DNA of 64,000 bases. Origin: Octopus sinensis. Lineage: Eukaryota. Numbering within the stretch: the stretch's first letter is position 1; every line of letters begins with the position of its first letter. Positions 1 to 12,098 of the stretch are shown piece after piece. The position numbers and the translations under genes are program-made. The notes below the pieces were generated by a model. It did not search any database. It worked only from the letters and a program-made list of their open reading frames with translations, and had not been told where the DNA came from. The DNA is taken from the NCBI RefSeq assembly GCF_006345805.1, contig NC_043017.1, forward strand, positions 30,070,001 through 30,134,000, read 5' to 3'.

Positions 1-127
1 TTTGCCGGTTAAAAGATTCGGTTAAAATATCCGGCTGCTCTATTTCAATTCTCATATATTAAACAAGGAATTCAGTTTTTGTGATTTCGATTATGTACGT
101 AATTGGTTTAATAGAATTGGTTCGTAA

Positions 128-330
128 GGTATCGTTAGCGCGTCGAGCAAAATGCTTAATGCCATTTCTTCCCTCGCTATGTTCTGGGGTCCAGTTCTAC
201 CAATGTCGATTTTACCTTTCATCCATTAGGGATCGGTAAAACAAGTACTAGTTGAACACTGGGATCAAATAGTCGACTCACACGATTCTTTGAAATTGCC
301 TTCCTGGTGCCAAATGTTTGAGATCATTAT
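128..330 (+). mobile_element. Degenerate tRNA-derived SINE (family B)
   Basis: Diverged match to the family-B core (ccttTCATCCattaGGGaTCGgTAAA..AAGTACtAGTTG) seen intact at 23453-24107. Confidence 0.55.
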
Positions 331-1280
331 ATTCGGCACGTTTCCCGATTATGGATTTATACCTTCAATAACATATCTGTAATCAGTGCTATTGCAAAAC
401 AAACAATGATGATTTGTAGAAACAGTCTGAGTTCCCTATTCAGGTACCTCTGCTTTCGGCGTTCAAATATCTTTACTCGGAGTTCGCTTTCTTATTCTTC
501 TCTCGAGAATCAGTAAAGTAACAAAATTGGTTTTCGAATCTCTTCAAAACTTTATATCAAATATATTTCCATTCAGCCAGTATAGTGACACCATATTAAT
601 TACAACCTTGTGCTCATTATCAGCATTAATACAATTTATGTTACTACTACCATCAACAATTCATCTTTAAGTTCATCTTTAAATTTCTGGTCAATGTCCT
701 CAATTTGATCTAATGTTCGTAATTAAGAAATAAAACCATTTCCCAAAACAACTGAACTGTGTTACTTAACATCGTACAATGACGGGTTTCAATTATATAT
801 TTTCCTTAATTTTTACCTCCGCAAAGTTACGTACAGTAATATACTTTGACTTTGCTATTTCTATACTGAATCTTCAAAATCTTTTTCACCACATTCCTTT
901 TCCATAAGTGACAATACGCCAAAACTTCTCTCATTCAACTTCATTTAGATTTCTGCTCATTTTGGTTATTTATGTTCACTTGCTTTAAACTTTATTATTT
1001 CATCTTTTTCATTTATCCATCTCTCTTGGACTATTTCATTCATCCAACAGCTGCTAACCATACATATGTCTTTCTAAAGATTCCCCTTCTTTCATTTCCA
1101 TTATTTCTCTTCTCTGCTTGATCTTCTCTTTCATTCCTCATGTTTTTGCTCCATCTTATTCCTTTCACTTTCCCCTGCCAATACGCCCTACATCACCCTA
1201 GGTCATGAATCATGTGTGTTTGTGTACGTGTGTGTGTGTGTGCAAGTGTGTGTATGTATGTAGATGTATATATGTATGAA

Positions 1281-1460
1281 CAATCTCTAGTATAACCAGC
1301 TGAAATTTCAAAGATAATCTGGAACACGACTGAGGAAAGAAAACTCCGAATGACCCGGCCTTGTTTTCTTTGTATCGTCTGTCTAGACTTATTGTTGTTC
1401 CTCTTTTGTATCACCTAACTGTCTGGATGTTTTGCTTTCTTGTCCCACTTTATATTTTTT
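1281..1460 (+). repeat. Interspersed repeat fragment, copy 1
   Basis: Aligns with 1934-2066 (caatctc..aaccagc.gaaatt.caaagataatctg..gactgaggaaaga.aactccgaatgaccc..ccttgttttcttt); the ORF track shows near-identical junk peptides. Confidence 0.75.
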
Positions 1461-1856
1461 ATATATAAAAATATAGCGGCGTACGTACACTTTGGTCTCT
1501 TATATGTAAGTATATATATATATATATATATATATAAATTTTGTACGACTCTATTATTCTCTCTATTCTTTCATTCTTCCCTTCTTTCTATCATCCCTTT
1601 CACCTCTACCTCTCTCTCTTCTTTCTCCATGGGACCGGTGTTCCGCTAAGCTTAACCTTTCTTTTTTCGTTCGACTACATTCGTGCAACATCTATATTCC
1701 ACTCTGTGCCTGTCAAATTATATGCCCCTGCTGTAAGGCTTTACTTCCACACACGTCAGCTTAATTTAATTCTCTTTAGTCGAAAGGCACCTGTTGCTAT
1801 GTCCTGTTATTGCATTTGTATTTGTGTAACATCCGTTCTTTTCCCGTCCTTGTTTT

Positions 1857-2066
1857 AATACACATTCGCTGCTTTCTTCCAAGCAATCCAATGTTCTTAG
1901 CTTAGTTTTTCCTTGGGGCTGGCCAGATTGGAGCAATCTCGAGAATAACCAGCCGAAATTGCAAAGATAATCTGAAACTCGACTGAGGAAAGACAACTCC
2001 GAATGACCCACCCTTGTTTTCTTTGCATCTTCTGTCTGGACGTTTTGCGTCCTTGTCCCATTTTGG
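1857..2066 (+). repeat. Interspersed repeat fragment, copy 2 (longer)
   Basis: Second copy of the 1281-1460 repeat, about 650 bp downstream. Confidence 0.75.
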
Positions 2067-2707
2067 AATTAGTAATGTGCAAGTTAGTTGTTTGGTTTCT
2101 TTTCCTGAAAACCCTAGTTAATCCAGATTATCACTGAGGCATTTACTCACAAGCGAAGCGCTCAAACTTTTACTGGCTTAAATGTCAATTTATAATGTGT
2201 ACACACACACAACACACACACACACACACAACTCAAAATTTGTATAGTAAAGCCACAAACGGAAAGCGGACAAAGAACAACAAGTTAAAGACACGTATAA
2301 GTGCTCAGAAGAACGGAAAAAGGTATATTAAATTTACCAACGGAGGAAAACAAACACAGGAGGTCCTTAATTATCAACCAGATTATATTACGCAGTATCG
2401 CGCCATCATATCTGATTATCTGTATGTGTGTATGTAAATATATATATATATATATGAATGCCTATATAATATCCATGAAAAATCGCCACTCGTGCTGTGC
2501 CTCATGACCATGTGATCGGTAAGGAAATATTCCAGAGTATTAAGGAACTTTCTTAACCAACATAGAAAAATATTGCAGATATGAATCTGTGTCAACTTAA
2601 AAAAGAGAGGCAGAGAGAGAGAGGGGGCGGGAGACAGACACACAGATACTATTAGAGAAAGCGTGTGTGACCTGACCTTGTGTTTATGTTTATTGATGTA
2701 TACATCC

Positions 2708-3091
2708 TTACTCTTTTACTTGTTTCAGTCATTTGACTGCGGCCATGCTGGAGCACCGCCTCTAGTCGAGCAAATTGACCCCGGCACTTATTCTTTGTAA
2801 GCCCAGTACTTATTCTATAAGTCTCTTTTTGCCGAACCGCTAAGTGACGGGGACGTAAACACACCAGCATCGGTTGTCAAGCGATGTTGGTGGAGACAAA
2901 AACACACACACAAACATATACACACAAATACATATATATATATACATATATACGACAGGCTTCTTTCAGTTTCCGTCTACCAAATCCATTCGCAAGACAT
3001 TGGTCGGCCCGGGTCTATAGCAGAAGACACTTGCCCAAGATGCCACGCAGTGGGACTGAACCCGGAACCATGTGGTCGGTAAGCAAGCTAC
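2708..3091 (-). mobile_element. tRNA-derived SINE family A (CORE-like), 5' end clipped
   Basis: Reverse complement has B box GGTTCAGTCCC, CORE-like gtggcatcttgggcaagtgtctt, an internal TA/CA tract and tail catggccgcagtcaaatgactgaaacaagtaaaagag; about 10 copies in the window. Confidence 0.9.
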
Positions 3092-3884
3092 GAGTTGTTT
3101 TATACTTCTTCCTGTTTCGATTCTGAGAGATACATTCTTATGTATTAGTCGTGAAATTATTAACACTATAGACTTAACCAATCAATAAAACATCACACTA
3201 TTTTCTGGATTATCGACAGGCAGAGAGGATTACACACACACATTTATAGTAACATCACATAGAAAATCTTTAAAAGAGACCCACAAAGAAAATCAACATC
3301 CAGGGACCCAGAAGGCACAGCATTTTTATATTATTTTACGAATTTTATTAACAGCGATTCTTTTCATTCTTCTCCACAGATCTTCAATAGACTGCTGCAA
3401 GTTAATTTGTTTTTTATCGATTATCTGAAAACTCTTGCAGTTGACGTAGTTAATTTGTTGAAGTTTCATTCCGTTCAAATTTATTATTTGTTTTCAGGCT
3501 GTATCTAACGATGGCTTGCGTTTGGAAGCCTCTGAATGCATAAGGGGACGTACTGTGAATCTGAAAGGATATCTCGGTGGTTGTTGGTGCTATATAGCCA
3601 TGGGATCAAGTATTTTCGGGCAGTTTTATGATCAAAGGCACCGCAACTGTGATCATTCCGGTTTTTAAGGTATGCAGAAATACGTTACCTATTATGTCTC
3701 TTCACTGATTTAAAGCAGAAGAGTTAAATCTAAAGTAAATTTAGTAACTACTTCCAGCTGGTAGATTGCTCAAATAATGCTTAACTTAGGAATTCGAAAT
3801 GAATAGAGAGACTTGAGTACTTTTTTAATAGATAATCTCCCTCCCTTTCTCTCTTGACCACTAAGTCCAAAAGTGTGTATAGAT

Positions 3885-4050
3885 TTTTTTGTCTTTATTC
3901 TCCCTCTGCTTATTACTTCGTGTTCCATTCTGTTGAAGAGCGTAGGCTCGAAACGTAAAAGTCTTTCTCTCCTTCCAGAGTGTTAAACTAATATACCTGC
4001 TTGTTGTTTATACATCTGTCTTCATCTTTTGATTTCTGTAGATTTCAACG
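3885..4050 (+). mobile_element. Short PLE-terminal-like module carrying a hammerhead-like motif
   Basis: Pyrimidine-rich ~165 bp unit ending directly in (AT)n; contains the motif at 3926-3961. Confidence 0.55.
3926..3961 (+). ncRNA. Minimal type I hammerhead-like motif (A6U variant)
   Basis: CATT-CTGTTGA-A-GAGC-gtag-GCTC-GAAA-CG-TA-AAAG: stem II GAGC/GCTC, GAAA, palindromic ACGT stem III, stem I 3 of 4 paired. Confidence 0.55.
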
Positions 4051-4084
<34 letters not shown>

Positions 4085-4135
4085 GTGTGTGTGTGTGTGT
4101 GTGTGTGTTTGTATGTATGTATGTATACATGTATG

Positions 4136-4170
<35 letters not shown>

Positions 4171-5429
4171 TTGTATGTATACATGTATGTGTATATATAT
4201 ATAATGTATATGTATATATTCATCTGTATATATTCCTTGAACTGCAGCAATGATTGAACACGAACTTAAAAAGGTGTAATGAAGCAATTCAGCCAGGCCT
4301 GTAAGTTTTTTTTAATATCGCTCTTTTGACGAACCTCTAAGTTATGGGGAGTCGGGATATAAACAAACAAGCACAGTAGTGGACATGTAGTGGACGAGGA
4401 AGAAACACAAGTGAGAAAACACGCACTTGTACATATATGTACACCCACACGCACGCGAACACACACACACACACAAAAGGCACCCACACACACATATATA
4501 TGAAGAAGGCACTCAAGTATGTCTTTAGCATCTGGCAGAAGCCAGTAAAGGATTAAAGGAATAAAATACTAGATTTCATATTGTTTCAAACTCAGGAGAC
4601 ACTGGTCTGCTTGGGGTTATGAGGGCATGACAATTTCCCAAAGTGTAAAGCCACTTGTTTTACTCAGGGTAGGAATGAACTTGGTACCCTGGAACAAATT
4701 GGTTCGAACTGCAGCGCAGTTCTTAACTGCAGAGTAATATGCTTATACATACAGATACATACACCTCCCATCACACACACGCATACATGCACACACAAAA
4801 TATGTCTTATATCTAAGCAAATCATGTTATCTAATTCAGCCAGTCGTCTAACAATGCTTGCCTTCAGCTAGTACTGCAACGATAAAGCATTAACAATTTG
4901 TATCATGACAGCAAATGCTGTACTGCATTAAAGGACAAATAAGAGATAGCAAATGAATTTCAACAGTGCTTTATGCTGTCCATTTAACACTCTTGCAAAC
5001 GTTAATTCATATATCTGTGTATGAGCGCGTGTGTGTGTGAGAGAGTTTATTTCTTTGTGTGTCTATACATGTATGTATTGATTAAAATATCTGGGAAAGT
5101 AAAAAGTCAAAGTCCGGATAATTTATGTTATCTAATTGCAGATTCTATTAAATAACAACAAATGGTGGTCATTTTTGGTGAGCAAAAATACCGAACATCT
5201 TTTTGATCTGGTATGAAAAAGACCATTACGTAAAATCTAATTTGCGACGAGCGAACATAGCTCTAAGCAAAATGGTCAATATATGCATATGTGAGCGTGC
5301 TTGTGCGCGTTCGGTTGTGTGTGTGTATGTATATATATATATATATATATGTATGTACGCATATATCTCTTTATATCTAGCAATTTATCTATACAAATCT
5401 ATCTATATATATATATATATATATATAAA

Positions 5430-5635
5430 GTTAATCCAAACAAGAAAGCACAAAAACACACAACAACGTGAGGACATGGAACAAATATAGTATTATTGGA
5501 CGCTCAGGAAAGAAGGAAAGAAAGAGGGTTTAACGTTTCGAGCGGAGCTCTTCGTCGAAAACATAGGAGAAGGAAAGATCCAGAGAAGGGAAGACAGAGG
5601 AAAAAATCGCCAACGATACACACGAGGTGACATTT
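5430..5635 (-). mobile_element. Short PLE-terminal-like element in (TA)n carrying a hammerhead-like motif
   Basis: Flanked on both sides by TA tracts; second copy at 17157-17255; motif at 5528-5562. Confidence 0.65.
5528..5562 (-). ncRNA. Minimal type I hammerhead-like motif
   Basis: Minus strand GTTT-TCGACGA-A-GAGC-tcc-GCTC-GAAA-CG-TT-AAAC: perfect stem I (GTTT/AAAC) and stem II, palindromic AACGTT stem III; core deviates at positions 3-4. Confidence 0.6.
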
Positions 5636-5811
5636 TATATATATATATCTATATATCTATCTATATCTATATATATCTATCTATATATCTATCGATATAT
5701 CTATATATCTATCTCTATCTATTTATATATATATATCTATATCTCAGCGATAATAATTTTATTTTATCGCAATTTGACTTGTTTATATACATCTATCTAT
5801 CTATATATCTA

Positions 5812-5891
<80 letters not shown>

Positions 5892-5979
5892 ATCTCTATC
5901 TATTTATATATATATATATACATTTGCATAATATATTATGATCAGTCCAGTGATCATAGTTAAACGGAGTTTCTTAGAC

Positions 5980-6835
5980 TCTAGCATATACATGGTTTGT
6001 ATAGAAAACTCAAATATCTCGATGGTTCATCTACGGAAATAACAATTTACTAATCAAAGAAACAGATGCACTCCGTCCCGTTTCGAGATTAGGCAGAAAA
6101 TTTCGATAATATACCAGAGTCTACACAACCCGTTTGGGAAATATCAAACATTATTTCTAAAATGAAAATCATATATAACAGATTACGTGTTCGCAGGATT
6201 ACTAATATTTGCCTTACTGACCCACTGATCAGTAAGTTTATGATAATGCTAACTCACCCAGAGTAGCCATCGGAATGAGAACAACATCAACAGTACAGAG
6301 CAAAATATCAAAAGCCAAACCGATGCTACTGACACTAAACCTGCCCGTGTACTTAATGAAGGCATTACGAAACCTGGGCATAAAGATCTGACTCACACTC
6401 TGCGTGGGAACCCTAGTTTATTGTGTAACTGTAAATGTAAACACTCATGACCATTAGGTAACAAGTGCCTAATAAACAGTATTGTTTATTAATATGTATT
6501 TAACAAGAATCAGTCCATCTACGTTTATATAGTACGTACAAGCAACAACTTTAAATCAATTTTCACATTTATAAGATGACCTTCAGATCCGAATACAACG
6601 CTACTTAGCCCTTTCTTACCTATAGTAAGTGGGAAGACAAAGAAAATTCGTGTGAATACAAAAAATATCAAGTGCGCCATTTTTCAATGTTCAAGAACAG
6701 ATAGTGGTTATAATAATAATTCGTTGTACACTGCAGATATAATGGGAACCAGGCACGATACGGAAAACATCATCAACGAATTTTAAGAAACAATTATGGG
6801 GTACAAGCATGTCTCAACGTTTCCTGTTAACCTAA
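5980..6835 (+). pseudogene. Penelope-like element remnant: linker, Cys motif and C-terminal GIY-YIG endonuclease (Naiad-like)
   Basis: Manual translation from 6424: CNCKCKHS*PLGNKCLINSIVY*YVFNKNQSIYVYIVRTSNNFKS / FHIYKMTFRSEYNAT*PFLTYSKWEDKE / IKCAIFQ..SLYTAD..NIINEF*ETIMGYKHVSTF. This follows the PLE pattern CxCx5Cx5C..IVY..YIG.T..FK.R..H..SF..T.LS..W.LK..I.W.I..C.LC..EK..LN.R.E..CRH..F. Upstream LGRKF and KMKIIYNRL fit the linker. Confidence 0.75.
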
Positions 6836-7055
6836 CACGTTATTGAATGTAGCACAAATATGTATATATATTTGTTTGTATACACACATACACATGCACA
6901 TTTGTATGTATAGGTGCATGCGTGAATGTGAGGTAGGAAAATTGCTTCCAAAAACGTGGTGCTTAATTCATTGGCACACCATGATCTACTTCTAGAATCA
7001 TCTATCATAGCGTTGCTACTGAATAAGGTTGAGGGAAGCTGAACGCCCATGCTTC

Positions 7056-7081
7056 AAATATATATATATATATACACACAC

Positions 7082-7140
<59 letters not shown>

Positions 7141-7181
7141 CATATATACACTCACATATATATATATACATACACACACAG

Positions 7182-7220
<39 letters not shown>

Positions 7221-7443
7221 CACACACAGACACACATACATATATATACATACATATATACACTCACATATATATATATATGGATAGAGGGAAACACAAA
7301 GACGCGCATGGAAATCTGCGCAAATATTAAAATATACGTTTCTGAAATGGAATGAAAAATCCCATTTGGGATGTTTACAGGTATGCAATAACTTCAGAAA
7401 CTCACACACACACACACACACACGCACAAACAAACACACAAGG

Positions 7444-7510
<67 letters not shown>

Positions 7511-7846
7511 TAAATCTGTATATAAGTTTATCTGTATACATGTCACTTCCTCTCCTAATGTACGCATTTTCCACTTTCATTCTCATATTTTGGGTAAATA
7601 TTGACAAAACCGGTGGCCTTATTTCTATTTTCATAGAAGATCCAAGTATTGGATACGAAAATAGAAGTGAAATATTTGAAAGAGAAACACACGTTAGAGA
7701 TAACAAAAGAAATGACCATTTTCATATGATGACAGTTTTGGTCTCATCTCTCGAATTCGTTCCGTTTTATAGCAGTCGTATTAGTTCAGTTATTTATGAA
7801 TATATATGTGTGTGTGTACGCACGCGTACGATTGTGTGTACGTATG

Positions 7847-7888
<42 letters not shown>

Positions 7889-8143
7889 CCTATGAGTTTA
7901 TATATGCATATATATATATATATATACCTATGAGATTATATATGCATATATATATTATATATATATATATATATATACACCTATGAGATTATATATATAT
8001 ATAATATATATATATATATACACCTATGAGATTATATATGCATATATTATATATATATATGAGTTTATATATGCATATATATATATATACCTATGAGATT
8101 ATATATATATATATGTATATATATACCTATGAGATTATATATG

Positions 8144-8190
<47 letters not shown>

Positions 8191-8257
8191 TGAGTTTATA
8201 TATGCATATATATATATATGCATGAGTTTATATATGCATATATATATATTATATATA

Positions 8258-8289
<32 letters not shown>

Positions 8290-8305
8290 CAGTGTGTGTG
8301 TGGGC
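7056..8305. repeat. Compound (TA)n/(CA)n microsatellite blocks with a recurring CCTATGAGATTATA unit
   Basis: Directly visible; source of the YIYI junk ORFs. Confidence 0.95.
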
Positions 8306-10035
8306 ATACATATCTACATCTATTCTCTTACGTATGCTTTAGCATTCGCATATGCAATAATCGTAATAAGTGTATAAGTTTGGGTTTCTACAGCACACAG
8401 ATATATATATATATATATATTAAGAAGAAATACATTTATAAATATATGATTCTCTTAGCAATTTATATATTGATCCAATTCTCGGAAAATCCTTTGAAGT
8501 AATAATTCTCCACGGCTCGGAAATGCTTTTGTTAACATATATTTATTTGATAGAAAGTTATATATACGGTCAGGGCTGATTTAAAGTTTATTTGCACCTA
8601 TGAGAAGATGTCTAACATCACAAATCTGATTTTAGAATCATTTGCTAATAAATTCTTCTGGTAGAAATATGAGTTAGATATCCTCGTTTTGAAAGATGGT
8701 TTGACTAGAGATATATATCTTTACCTTATGGGTCCTTAAACACTACACATTACTACTGTCAGCTTTTTGAGAATTTTGCTCAACTTGATTACTTTTAACA
8801 TCCTTGAGGTCCTCGTGTGCTTTTGTCATATGCAATTTCTGTTTAGTTCTAGCTTATGTGTTTTATACACATAAAATTCCTGTGAGATTATAGCTTTGTA
8901 CTGACCACATATTTTAGCGTCTTACACAATGCACTGCAGTATGCCAGTGCCATTTTGTATGCTCCGCTCAAAGGTTTGCGAGGCCGGTTTTGCTTATAGC
9001 CTTCAAGTGTACATAAATTAAGTACCAATTAATCTCTTGGTGGGAATTCAAATGATTATCTACCGTCTACAAATTTGAAGCTTGTGTCCATGTTAAAATA
9101 AATTTTCCCGTTCGATTTCTACAGATAAATGTGTGACAAGAATCTTTCACCTTTCTCTCTCTCTCTTTCTCAAGTACTTGTACAGTCTGACCATCATTGA
9201 TCTGAGAAGTCCTATACAGGTCATGTGCATTGTCATGGCTTCTCTGACCAATTAATTAATTAATAAAAGCGTTGTAAGTGTCTAGGTCGATAAGGTGTAT
9301 AACACTCAAATGAAGTAATTAAGTAATAGAGAGATTAACTGACGCTGTTAATTTTATTCCCAGTATACATATGTATACACAAACATCCACCACTCAACTT
9401 CACTGAGGCGAAGCATTACTATGTAATCAATAAATCAACCCAATCAATTTCTCTCTAAAACTAAGTTATGCAGCAAAATAATATAAGGTCAAAAAATCAA
9501 TAAAAGTTGGAGGGATCACTTTATTTCGAAAGCTGAATTCCGGAAGCATACAACACAGGGAATAATGACACTTTAATTTTTACAAATTGCTATTTTGGTC
9601 TTAGATCTTTGCTGCAAGGGACAGTCTTATTGAGATTGATTTATAAGATTAAAAGCAGTCAACAAGTTCTATCCCTTCTCTACTTCTAATCTCGACTAGT
9701 TATAAACAACAGCAAATATCCACTGAAACGCGTTCTAATTTAGTGAAAAAGACACATTTATAAACCTTGGTGAAAAATACAGCGAGTTCATAAAATAAGG
9801 TATTGGTATCAAAAAGGAAAACTTGATGCATCGTGTTAATCGTGTTCAACTGGGATGAAACAACAGCTCGGGAAATCAACAAAAGTTTTTAAAAACAGGA
9901 TTTAAAAGATTCTATATAAGAAATATATACTTGACATTTTGTTCTAACTCAGAGGGTCATTGTCACCAAAATAAGCCCACTACTACTACTAATACTACTA
10001 CTACGAACACTAATAAAAATAACAACAACATCATC

Positions 10036-10069
<34 letters not shown>

Positions 10070-10306
10070 GTAGTAGTAATACAAGATGTGGAAATATCGT
10101 CCACTAGATGATGACAATGGCAGTCTTCTTTTGATTTTGATGCTCTATCTTCTGGAGGAGTTACCTCAATCCTTTCTATATTAACCAAAATGAAGTAGAT
10201 TCACAAAATTATTTTTTGAACCTGTTAAGACACACAAGATGTCGAATTATCTTTCCTTAGATGATAATGGCACTCTTCTTTTAATTTTGACTATAATAAT
10301 AATAAT

Positions 10307-10614
10307 ACCTGGAAATTGAGGTATCCAGAATGTGGAATCTAAAAACAGAAACAATTCCTATCAGAGTAGGTGCATTAGGCATGATAAACAAATATTCAGA
10401 CAAATACATAACAAAAACACCAGGACTTACAAACACATATAACATACAGAAAATTGCACTACTAGGCACTGCACACATCCTACGCAGAACACTTTCCATA
10501 CAATAACCATCAGAGCATCACAACAAATCACAGCACATACCTAAGGCACACAGAGCTGCGTCCGGTAGTGAAGTGAAGGTACGCTATAAAAATAAAACTA
10601 CTGAATAATAATAA
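10307..10614 (+). mobile_element. 5'-truncated R4/Dong-type non-LTR retrotransposon (REL endonuclease C-terminus plus 3' UTR)
   Basis: Translates LEIEVSRMWNLKTETIPIRVGALGMINKYSDKYITKTPGLTNTYNIQKIALLGTAHILRRTLSIQ*; (AAT)n on both sides. Confidence 0.85.
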
Positions 10615-10844
10615 TTTTAGGAAAATAAGTGGAATTTTTACCGGTGAGTGGGTTAAATAATAAGGCATAAAAAGAAAATTACTCTCCCCAGACACAACAG
10701 AATATGCTTCAACACACGAACTCTTATAAAGAATCTTGCAAACCAAATCCAAAAACGAAATAATAATAAGATCATCATCATTATTATTATTACGGACCAA
10801 ATAAATCAGGAGAAAATATTTGCGAAGATTTTTAATGCTTGTTT

Positions 10845-11500
10845 TTGGGCTTCCAATCGCCTATATTATTGATTCTGTTATTATCATTTTTAATCGCTAC
10901 ACTAGATAATACCAGAGTCAATAATATCTTCGCAAGTATTTGCTCAGTATTGAAATTAGTTTTACACTGGTAGCTGCCAGGATTCGGCGCAAGATGGATC
11001 AGTAGCAGCGCTGACTTCAACTTAACGGTTAGGGACTTTCCATCGTGCTAGGGAAGGTGAGGCTATATTGCCACTCCCAAAACTGGTCCAATTTGGTCGA
11101 AATACTTGAATGTATGTTGAGAGATAGTCTTAGCCCCTTTGCCCACAGACGGTTGATTTCTCTAGTTATCATGAGATTCTTTCGGCGAGCAAAAAAAAAT
11201 TTTGACTGTTATTTCCAGCCGGTATGGGCATACTTGGTATGTCCTTTGATTAATTTTAATCCTTCAGCTATGTAATGATTTTTGGGTCCTGTAATCGCCT
11301 ATAGTATTGATTCTGCTATTATCATTTTTAATTGTTACACGAGATAATAAAAGGGTCAATAATATATTCACATATATTTTCTCCTGAATTATTTGCTCCG
11401 TTTTGAAATCCTTTTCACAGTGGTGGCTATCATGATTCGGCGCAAAACGAATCAAATGCAGCGTAGACTTCAAAGTGACAGGATGGGGGTTTCTATAATG
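10845..11500 (+). repeat. Diverged ~200 bp direct duplication (10845-11050 vs 11278-11500)
   Basis: Shared aatcgcctata.tattgattctg.tattatcatttt..gataata..gtcaataatat..gattcggcgcaa..gcagcg..gacttcaa. Confidence 0.75.
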
Positions 11501-11601
11501 GTACCGCATGCTGGGATAGGTGAGACTATAATGCCTGTCCAGAAAACGGTCCACCTGAGTTCAAATACTAGACAAGAAATGAAAGCAAAACTGAGAGAAG
11601 A

Positions 11602-11645
<44 letters not shown>

Positions 11646-11646
<1 letters not shown>

Positions 11647-12098
11647 GATAGAGAAATTAAGGCCAACAGACCAGATATAGTTGTCAGAGATCATAAAGAA
11701 AAAAATGTTTTCTAATTGATGTATCAATACCAGCGGATGACAACGTGTCTCTAAAAGAAGTGGAGAAACTCTCAAAATACAAAGACCTGGAAATAGAGGT
11801 AACTAGAATGTGGAACCTAAAAACAGAAACAATTCCTATCATAATAGGTGCATCAGGCATGATAAACAAATATTCAGACAAATACATAACAAAAACACCA
11901 GGACTTACAAGCACATATAACATACAGAAAATTGCACTACTAGGCACTGCACACATCCTACGCAGAACAATTTCCATACAATAACCATCAGAGCATCACA
12001 ACAAATCACAGCACATACCCAAGGCACACAGACCTGCGCTCGGTAGTGAAGTGAAAGCACGATATAAAAAATAATAATAATAATAAAAATAATAATAA
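11646..12098 (+). mobile_element. 5'-truncated R4/Dong-type non-LTR retrotransposon
   Basis: DREIKANRPDIVVRDHKE / frameshift in A-run / CFLIDVSIPADDNVSLKEVEKLSKYKDL...LLGTAHILRR: PD..D..K restriction-like endonuclease; inserted in (TAA)n; same 3' UTR as the 10307 copy. Confidence 0.9.

Noticed and set aside
1905-2010. GGCTGG..CCAGCC-GAAA stem and a nearby CTGAGGA as a possible hammerhead
   Set aside because: The stem followed by GAAA lacks a CUGANGA box, and the CTGAGGA lacks a proper stem II plus GAAA; at most a decayed relative.
3498-3669. Possible exon after ttgttttcag, ending at aag|gtatgc
   Set aside because: Peptide not recognisable, the open frame hits a stop just before the donor, and the region overlaps old repeat-like sequence.
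10080-10290. ~60 bp diverged direct repeat (acaagatgt..gatga..aatggca.tcttctttt.attttga)
   Set aside because: Ordinary local duplication with no further structure.
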